Source: Nitrososphaerota archaeon
GTDB lineage: Archaea > Thermoproteota > EX4484-205 > JAAOZP01
DNA: 64,000 bases
Direction: 5' to 3'
Assembly: GCA_011605725.1 (NCBI GenBank)
Contig: JAAOZP010000009.1
Span: 32,001 to 96,000 of the forward strand
The translations under genes and the position numbers were made by a program. Shown in pieces: positions 57,638-64,000 of this stretch. The stretch's first letter is position 1; every line of letters starts with the position of its first letter. Below the pieces are notes generated by a model. It was not told the origin of the DNA. It made no database searches and was given only the letters and a program-made list of their open reading frames with translations.

Positions 57638-57835
57638 ACGTGGTGTCTAGCGCGCGAGGCTCATCTGGATAGGACTTATGGGGCACATTATTTGGAGATA
57701 TATGCTCAAGATCGGATAAGGTTCATCGAAGAAATAGGGAGCTACAACCCTGCACATGTAGAGAAATTCGAAGAATTCTTAAAGGCATATGAGGAGGGTA
57801 AATTAAGGGGAGGAAGACCAAAAAAGGGAGGATAA
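57638..57835 (+). pseudogene. Start-less C-terminal gene fragment, possibly LAGLIDADG-like
   Basis: 65-codon open frame with no ATG: ...YLEIYAQDRIRFIEEIGSYNPAHVEKFEEFLKAYEEGKLRGGRPKKGG; abuts next ORF via TAATAGATG. Confidence 0.4.
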
Positions 57836-57838
57836 TAG

Positions 57839-58600
57839 ATGAGTAGGATCACTGTTTGGGGATGGGGTGATAAATACGAGGCGGCAAGAGTTAATAGCGA
57901 AGCATGCGTCGAAAAGTTTTGGAGAGAAGCGACTAGAGAGTGTCATATAGCTTTAGTGGGTAAAGATAGGCGTGAGGGTATGATTTTTGGGATTGATGTT
58001 TACACAGATGATCCGAAGAGCGTCGGATTTTTAGTGGAAAGATTGCTCAACCTAGTCCTTATGAGGAAAAATAAGGTTTACGAAATTACGATGGAATTTC
58101 TTATTGAGGAAGCCTCGTATAAGGAACGCTTTAAGACGCTTGAGGAGGTTGAGAAGCAGTACGAAACCCTTGCAGATATGTGTATTGAGAAGGTTAAAGA
58201 CGATCCACGGGTGAAACCATTAACGGATGGAAGGAAAATATTGGTCTTCCCGGATATGAGCTTGTTCGTCAAGCTTGAACCCGAGTACGGATTAAGGATG
58301 TCGGTAGGGGCCTCACATTTCAACTTCAATGAGGTGCTTGGATTCATCCAATCCCTATCGGAGGATTTAATTAAAAGCAAGCTGGCTAAAAGCATTCTAG
58401 GCTATAAACTCTTGTTGGACGTAGATAGGCTTGAGATTTCTGATGTTGATGTTACCGAGGATGAGGTTCTGGTAGACCTTGCAGTATTTGAGCCTAAAAA
58501 TCTGGAATCTAATACTTATTGGTTTCATCGTTATTGCAACGAGTTATGTCCCCCGGTTGTGCCATCGGGTTTTCCGCTGGCTGCCGTTTTAACCAGGTAA
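57839..58600 (+). CDS. Hypothetical protein
   Basis: 253-aa ORF with GGAGG SD; no recognised motifs. Confidence 0.7.
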   Translation: MSRITVWGWGDKYEAARVNSEACVEKFWREATRECHIALVGKDRREGMIFGIDVYTDDPKSVGFLVERLLNLVLMRKNKVYEITMEFLIEEASYKERFKTLEEVEKQYETLADMCIEKVKDDPRVKPLTDGRKILVFPDMSLFVKLEPEYGLRMSVGASHFNFNEVLGFIQSLSEDLIKSKLAKSILGYKLLLDVDRLEISDVDVTEDEVLVDLAVFEPKNLESNTYWFHRYCNELCPPVVPSGFPLAAVLTR

Positions 58601-58716
58601 TCCTCCTTCTGCTTCTTCCCTTAGTGTTTAAAATAAGTGCTGCCTATGCCATAGGCTTGGTAACGCTGTCAGAGAAGCTTATATAGGGGTTTGCTGGAAG
58701 GAATTTGGCTTAAAAA

Positions 58717-59157
58717 TTGGCTAGGATGCATAGTCATAAGAGGGGTAAGTCGGGTTCGCGTAGAGTAGTGTATAGCGGGGCTCCGCCATGGTTATCGTTA
58801 AAGCCTGAGGAGGTTGAGGGGCTCGTGGTTAAGCTGGCTTCAGAAGGGTATGGTCCTTCTCAAATCGGGCTGATACTGAGAGACTCGTATGGGGTTCCCT
58901 CCGTCAGGAACATAACGGGTAAGAAGATTTCGAGAATACTTCTTGAAAAAGGTGTGAAGTTCTCTAGGACGGAGGATCTCGATAGGCTTGTGGCTAAGGC
59001 TGAGAGGATGGTTACTCATTTAACCAGGAATAAGTCCGACCGTTTTAACGTTCATAATCTTCAACTGGTGGAGTCTAAGATTAGGAGGCTTGCCCGTTAC
59101 TATTCTAGGAGGAAAGTGCCTCTTCCCGACCTGAAGGTTCTTGAAGCCAAGATATGA
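58717..59157 (+). CDS. rps15: Ribosomal protein uS15
   Basis: MARMHS, SQIGLILRDSYG, ESKIRRLARYY. Confidence 0.96.
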   Translation: MARMHSHKRGKSGSRRVVYSGAPPWLSLKPEEVEGLVVKLASEGYGPSQIGLILRDSYGVPSVRNITGKKISRILLEKGVKFSRTEDLDRLVAKAERMVTHLTRNKSDRFNVHNLQLVESKIRRLARYYSRRKVPLPDLKVLEAKI

Positions 59158-60593
59158 GCAATGCGTCGGAGACTCAGAGGAGATTCATTTTTGAAGCAAG
59201 GGATTTCGCGAGCAAACTTGGTTCTTTCGACTGGAATGATACTCTAATAGTTTTTCACGCTGATGCAGATGGGACTGCTGCTGCAGCAATAGCCTGCCTC
59301 GCTTTGAGAAGCATGGGTGTCTCCTTCTCCGCCGTGTCCGTGACGCAGATAGACAGGGTTTTTCTGGAGAGCATTGCATTCCCGTCGAGGCCGGTGCTTT
59401 TCCTAGATATTGGGGCAGGATACTTAAACGAGATAACGAGTGTTCTTGAACCTTCGAGAGTCGTTATACTTGACCATCATGAGGTTGAAGGGAATTCTGG
59501 TAATATTCTTATGTTAAACCCTAACGAGCATGGTTTAAACGGTGGTTCAGATGTCTCCGGCTCAGGTGTCTCATACCTGGTTTTCAAGAACCTTGTTGAA
59601 GATTTTTCCAGGATGAATGAGCTGGCGATAGTGGGCGCCTTGGCAGACATGCAGGACGTGGGTGCTAACAGGTCGCTCACAGGATTAAACTCGACGATAG
59701 TTCTTGAAGGGGAAGAGATGAACATAGTAAGGGTCGAGGAGGACTTCGTGTTCTTCGGCAGGGAAACCCTGCCGATACATGTTTCAATCTCTTCCTCATC
59801 GAACTTCATAATACCGGGACTAAGCGGCGATGAGAACGTTGCTCTAAACCTTTTAAGAAGTCTAGGAATAGAGGTTAAGACGGATGATAAGTGGAGGACT
59901 TTCAACGATCTCTCGCAAGCCGAGAGGTCGAGGCTTCTCACAGGGTTGATGCAGTATACTGCTGACTTAGGCTTCTCGCCTGAGAGTGCTCAAAACCTGT
60001 TCGGCACCATATATGTTTTCGAAAAGGAGCCTAGAGGCACTGTTTTAAGAGATGGAAGGGAGTTCTCAGCCCTGTTGAACTCCTGCGCAAGAATGGGGCG
60101 TTCCGCGATAGGCTTGGCGGTTGCAATGGGTGAAAGAGGTAGAATGTTCGAAGAAGCTCAACAAGTTAGCCGAGAATACAGGTCAGCCATCTCCAAGTCT
60201 CTATCAAACCTTATAAGCGTACCCGGGGCCAAGGTTGAATCTGAGAAAATACTGCTTTACAATGGTGAAGGAATCATTGATCAGAGAGTATTAAGCCCAG
60301 TTGCCTCAATAATATTCTCCAGTCTCCCTAAGGATTTTCAAAAGATCCTAATCGTAACGGCTGATGATGATGATTCGTTAAAGGTTTCAATAAGGGTTCC
60401 GAGGATCCTTGTTGAGAAGGGCATCAGGGGGAGCCTGCTGGCTTCAAATGCTGCCAGGGAAGCCGGGGGATTCGGGGGAGGACATGATGTTGCAGCAGGG
60501 GCAACTGTACCTAGGAGAAGATTCCACTCTTTCATGGAGGCTTTTGAAAGAAATGCTACAGAACAATTCGGCAGAATGCTTCGCAATTCTTGA
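59154..60593 (+). CDS. RecJ/Cdc45-like DHH nuclease (GAN-type)
   Basis: HADADG, DIG, DHH, GALADMQ, GGGHDVAAG; S15-adjacent. Confidence 0.9.
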   Translation: MSNASETQRRFIFEARDFASKLGSFDWNDTLIVFHADADGTAAAAIACLALRSMGVSFSAVSVTQIDRVFLESIAFPSRPVLFLDIGAGYLNEITSVLEPSRVVILDHHEVEGNSGNILMLNPNEHGLNGGSDVSGSGVSYLVFKNLVEDFSRMNELAIVGALADMQDVGANRSLTGLNSTIVLEGEEMNIVRVEEDFVFFGRETLPIHVSISSSSNFIIPGLSGDENVALNLLRSLGIEVKTDDKWRTFNDLSQAERSRLLTGLMQYTADLGFSPESAQNLFGTIYVFEKEPRGTVLRDGREFSALLNSCARMGRSAIGLAVAMGERGRMFEEAQQVSREYRSAISKSLSNLISVPGAKVESEKILLYNGEGIIDQRVLSPVASIIFSSLPKDFQKILIVTADDDDSLKVSIRVPRILVEKGIRGSLLASNAAREAGGFGGGHDVAAGATVPRRRFHSFMEAFERNATEQFGRMLRNS

Positions 60594-60843
60594 GGCGGTT
60601 TTCAAAAGCGAGTTTGAAGCGAGGCTTGCATACTTAGCGTTAAAGCCGGATGAGGCTTTAAAGGTTAAGGGGTTAAGAGTATCATCCAGTTTAAGAGGCC
60701 GGAGGATACTTCTCAAAGTCGCGTGTAGAAGAGGATTAATGTCTCTCGCGTACACTTTGCTCGACTACCTGAATCATCTTAAGATGATTCAGGAGGCTTC
60801 TTTAAGGCTCGAGGAGGCCAAGTGTCCATGGTCACAGGCTTAA
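60553..60843 (+). CDS. pcc1: KEOPS subunit Pcc1
   Basis: AYLALKPD motif, size and position after GAN; start uncertain. Confidence 0.7.
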   Translation: MLQNNSAECFAILEAVFKSEFEARLAYLALKPDEALKVKGLRVSSSLRGRRILLKVACRRGLMSLAYTLLDYLNHLKMIQEASLRLEEAKCPWSQA

Positions 60844-62344
60844 AGTTTGGCCATAGCCTCTTCACCTCTACAGGCCAGTCTTCAGCGTTGAAACCGTGTC
60901 TAGCTAGGAAGGCGTAAACCCATCTTTCAAGACCATTGCCTGAGCAACCTGTCCAGACTTCTCTTCCTTTCCTCTCTTTAATGTTAAACCAATCAACATA
61001 CTTATCGTAGTGGACTGATGCGTTAGCTATTTCAAGCCACTCGCTTCCCCTGTATCCCCTGAACGGGAGATAGGCTTCAATATCGAAGGTTGCAACTATT
61101 TTTCTAGAAACATCCTCGACAACACCTGCGTGAGCCATCCAGACGGGAGTTACTTCCGCGGACCTGACCTCTATGTCAAGCGTCTTGTCAAGCAGGCTCA
61201 GATAGTTATCCACCAACCTATCCCTAATCTCAGCAACTTCTTCAGGTTTCCCCAGATAGACTATCTCTATCCGTGTGAAAGCCGTAAGCCTCTCCAGGCT
61301 TCTCAACCCCCCAGCTTCATGCCTGAAGCTGAACCCTGACCTGTCGTAGAGTCTGATAGGCGGATTGTCAAGGTTCACGGTTTCTCCGGCGAAAAGCTCG
61401 TAGAAAGGTTCGCACTGTGCGTAGGGAAGGGTGAACGCGGGCTCCTTCAAAAACTTTTGCAAGACTTCAGGCCTAGGCTCGTTGAAAACCTTCACTAAAT
61501 CGGTGTATTCTTCAAAGTAGGACAGCTCTCTGGATCCGGGTTCACAGACGTAAAGCATCTCGCTAGGGATCCCGGAGAGATGACCCTTCTTCCTCGCGAC
61601 TTCAAGTGGTATGAGCTTAGGTAGGACAACCTCTTGGAAGCCCAGTGGCTTAGCCACCTTCTCAATTATCATTTCCTCAAGTATTCTGAGAAGACTGGTG
61701 TAGGGTTGGAGATAGTACCATATGCCTGGGTGGAATCTTTTAACCCAGCCCTCCTCCTCCAGCAGCGGCCCCGGGTCCAAAGCGTACTTAACAGGCTTCG
61801 CAGGACTGCACCAGACAACTCTGTGAACCTCTCTACCTGTTACACGTTCCTCCTGCTTCTCCATGAAAAGACTTATAATCCTATCCGGAACCTGGGCATA
61901 GAGATCAGACTCGTTGAGTTCAAGCCAGTATTTCAAGCCTTCTTCCGTCTTCTCAACCTTTCTGGCGAACGGTAGCCTCACCTCCCTCAGGTTTTCACCT
62001 ATGAAAGTTACTTCGAAAAACTTGACGCTGATTCCTCTGACCCCCAGCCCCATTTTAGGCCCCAGTTCTTCACCCAGCGCTTTCCTAGCCCTTTTAACGG
62101 CTTCATGCGCTCTGACTCTTCTCCCAGACTCCACTGTGATGCTCAGCTTCTCCCTAGTGACGGTTAGCTCAACTATCTTAGGCTCCTCACCCTTAACCGC
62201 TCCCCGCGCGAATACTGTTGGAAAGCTTGAAACAGCATACTCTGCAACCTTTTCAAGCTCGTCTCCACGCAGCTCCCGACTCAAGTAAAGGTCTGCCGCC
62301 ACCCTCAGCCTTAAATCTTTGACCGCTGTCTGCTTCTCCTCCAA
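60779..62344 (-). CDS. serS: Seryl-tRNA synthetase, methanogen-type (type 2)
   Basis: ESGRRVRAHEA N-domain, PKLIP, AQCEPFY, DRSGFSFRHEAGG, RIEIV, WLEI, WTGCSGNGLERW. Confidence 0.9.
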   Translation of the reverse strand: MEEKQTAVKDLRLRVAADLYLSRELRGDELEKVAEYAVSSFPTVFARGAVKGEEPKIVELTVTREKLSITVESGRRVRAHEAVKRARKALGEELGPKMGLGVRGISVKFFEVTFIGENLREVRLPFARKVEKTEEGLKYWLELNESDLYAQVPDRIISLFMEKQEERVTGREVHRVVWCSPAKPVKYALDPGPLLEEEGWVKRFHPGIWYYLQPYTSLLRILEEMIIEKVAKPLGFQEVVLPKLIPLEVARKKGHLSGIPSEMLYVCEPGSRELSYFEEYTDLVKVFNEPRPEVLQKFLKEPAFTLPYAQCEPFYELFAGETVNLDNPPIRLYDRSGFSFRHEAGGLRSLERLTAFTRIEIVYLGKPEEVAEIRDRLVDNYLSLLDKTLDIEVRSAEVTPVWMAHAGVVEDVSRKIVATFDIEAYLPFRGYRGSEWLEIANASVHYDKYVDWFNIKERKGREVWTGCSGNGLERWVYAFLARHGFNAEDWPVEVKRLWPNFKPVTMDTWPPRALKKPPESS

Positions 62345-62468
62345 TTTCACGACGACAATTCTGCTTAAAAATAGGTTTTTATAGGTTATGATGCTGGCAA
62401 AAACCACGTAGATACGGTGCTTCTTAAAGAGCATAGTTTAAATACGCTGTCCACAAGCCTCTTCCAGA

Positions 62469-63071
62469 TTGGTGAAGCAGAAAAAGGCTAAAAAATGGTT
62501 TCCAGTGGTTGCCCCGGATTACCTCGGGGGCAAGCCGTTATGCAGCGTCTTGGCTTCGGAGCCAAGCGGCCTAATAGGCAGGACTATAAGCGTTCTTCTA
62601 AGCGAGCTTACTGACGATCCTTCTCATACGACGGTTAAAATAAAGTTCAAAATCACTGGTGTAAAAGGGGAGACTGCTTTCACAGAACTATGGGGCTACG
62701 AGCTTGACAGGGATTTCGTGAGAAGTCTTCTTAGGAAAGGCTCTTCAAGGGTTGACATTATTTTCAACGCTAGCACGAAAGATGGTTACCGGATGCGTGT
62801 CTCAGCGATCGCCGTTACCCGTTACCGTGCTTCGCAATCTCAGAAGAAGAAGATGAGGAAAGCGATGATGAACATAGTGCTGGATAAGTGCAGTAGGCTG
62901 AACTATTCTCAACTGGTTCAGGAACTCGTCTTCGGAAAGATTGAGTCTGACCTTTATAATGAGGCTAAGAAGTTTCACAGGATAAAGCTCGCAGGCGTTA
63001 AGAAGATGAAGGTTCTCGAGTCGCCGCTTAAACTCGAAGAGGTTAAGGCAAGCCTGGCTGAGGCTGTTTAA
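62469..63071 (+). CDS. rps3ae: Ribosomal protein eS1 (S3Ae)
   Basis: KKWFPVVAP, LIGRT, RDFVRSLLRKGSS, TKDGY. Confidence 0.95.
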   Translation: MVKQKKAKKWFPVVAPDYLGGKPLCSVLASEPSGLIGRTISVLLSELTDDPSHTTVKIKFKITGVKGETAFTELWGYELDRDFVRSLLRKGSSRVDIIFNASTKDGYRMRVSAIAVTRYRASQSQKKKMRKAMMNIVLDKCSRLNYSQLVQELVFGKIESDLYNEAKKFHRIKLAGVKKMKVLESPLKLEEVKASLAEAV

Positions 63072-63072
63072 A

Positions 63073-63357
63073 ATGTCTGCAAGCCTAAGTGAGGAAGAGT
63101 TGATGAAGATAGCGGTGGAGGGATATTCTGAGAGCCTTGAGCCTAAGACTCTTAAAGGGTATGTTCCGAACGTTTTCGACTATATTAGGAGGTGCGACAG
63201 TGCGGAGGAGGCTTTCCAAATAATTGACTTTCTAGTCTCTAGGAAAGAGCTTTCTGAGAATGTTGCTCGCGTCATAAAAAGAAGGATAATGGAGAAAGGT
63301 GTCAGGTTCTACGGTCCTAAGAAGCAGATTGGCTACTACGTTGAAAAATATAGATAA
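63073..63357 (+). CDS. DUF2095-family protein
   Basis: GYVPNVFDYIRRC...EEAFQII...GVRFYGPKKQIGYY. Confidence 0.8.
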   Translation: MSASLSEEELMKIAVEGYSESLEPKTLKGYVPNVFDYIRRCDSAEEAFQIIDFLVSRKELSENVARVIKRRIMEKGVRFYGPKKQIGYYVEKYR

Positions 63358-63370
63358 AGATTTTAAATAG

Positions 63371-64000
63371 TTAGCTTTTCTGTCTGCCAATTGCCACGAT
63401 GCTCACGACATCATCATCCTTCAAAACATAATCCTCACTCAGCCTGATCTTACGCTTAGCGTCAATGGCGTAGAGAAAATTATTCATAAGGTCGCTGTGT
63501 ATGAGACCAGCAAACTCTCTAACACTCATCCCTGTTGGAACAAGGTAAACATCGGGAAGAACATTACCCTTCTTATCGGTGAGCTTGCTCGGATCCTCAA
63601 CAGGGTAGACAGTTATCATTTTAAGAGCCTTGAAATACACGCTGTTCAAAAGCTCCTGGACACCCGTTGAGCCCCAGGGCTTCAAAACCTTCTCCCTAAC
63701 CATTTCAAGAGCCTCTTTCTGCTTTTCTCTAAGAGCCTCAGGCCTAATAATCTTGAAGTCACTATCTCCAGGGAAATATTCTACAAGCCCTGCTTCAGCA
63801 GCTCTCCTGAGGACAAGCTCAGCCTCAGCGCTGATCGGAATAGGATCATAACCAGCCTTCCTAATCTGTCTAACCCCCTCCTCCGCACCCTTCCTGTCAA
63901 CCTTGTTCGCAGCTATAACCATCGGCTTAGCAATAATCCTGACGGTCCTAGCCAGCTCAACTATTGTCTCCCTGCTCCACTTTAAGAAATCGTCAGGCGG
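63371..64000 (-). CDS. YchF/Obg-family translation-associated GTPase with TGS domain (5' end beyond window)
   Basis: KPMVIAANKVD, SAEAEL, GSTGVQ, VYPV, GNVLPD, IHSDL. Confidence 0.9.
   Translation of the reverse strand, partial: PPDDFLKWSRETIVELARTVRIIAKPMVIAANKVDRKGAEEGVRQIRKAGYDPIPISAEAELVLRRAAEAGLVEYFPGDSDFKIIRPEALREKQKEALEMVREKVLKPWGSTGVQELLNSVYFKALKMITVYPVEDPSKLTDKKGNVLPDVYLVPTGMSVREFAGLIHSDLMNNFLYAIDAKRKIRLSEDYVLKDDDVVSIVAIGRQKS

Noticed and set aside
1-64000. CRISPR arrays, rRNA genes, IS/transposases, inteins
   Set aside because: No regularly spaced repeats, rRNA-length non-coding blocks, transposase ORFs or intein-sized insertions seen

Overview
Archaeal core-genome window, probably TACK/Thermoproteota-like (inferred from gene content such as eL14, eL20, eS1 and Spt4/5, and from an intron-containing cbf5). 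It is dominated by ribosomal, transcription and translation superclusters: L11-L1-L10-P1, S19-L22...L15-secY-cmk-L14e-cbf5, S13-S4-S11-rpoD...S2-mvk-fni-gltX, L7Ae-S28e-L24e-adk-aIF5B-S6e-aIF2g-Rpo7-Spt4-S24e-S27ae-Kae1-Bud32, and S15-GAN-Pcc1-serS-S3Ae. There are three tRNAs (Leu-TAG, Val-GAC, intron-containing Ser-GGA) and a few accessory inserts (GH116, xylulokinase, a 14.4-18.1 kb islet, a 1061-aa surface metalloprotease, an ORFan pair). Most notable: (1) cbf5 is split by a 13-nt bulge-helix-bulge mRNA intron at the catalytic Asp codon; (2) four essential genes appear to start at near- or non-cognate codons (CTG x2, ACG, TTA), each exactly 6 nt after a GGTG(A/T) Shine-Dalgarno; (3) a methanogen-type SerRS lies inverted in the S15-S3Ae cluster; (4) a bacterial-type Adk occupies the usual ndk slot while adkA is missing after secY; (5) uS11 is inverted on its own; (6) the aspartate kinase looks catalytically degenerate; (7) several structured intergenic RNA candidates. 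No CRISPR array, rRNA or intact mobile element was seen. All family calls are from motif recognition by eye, not database searches.
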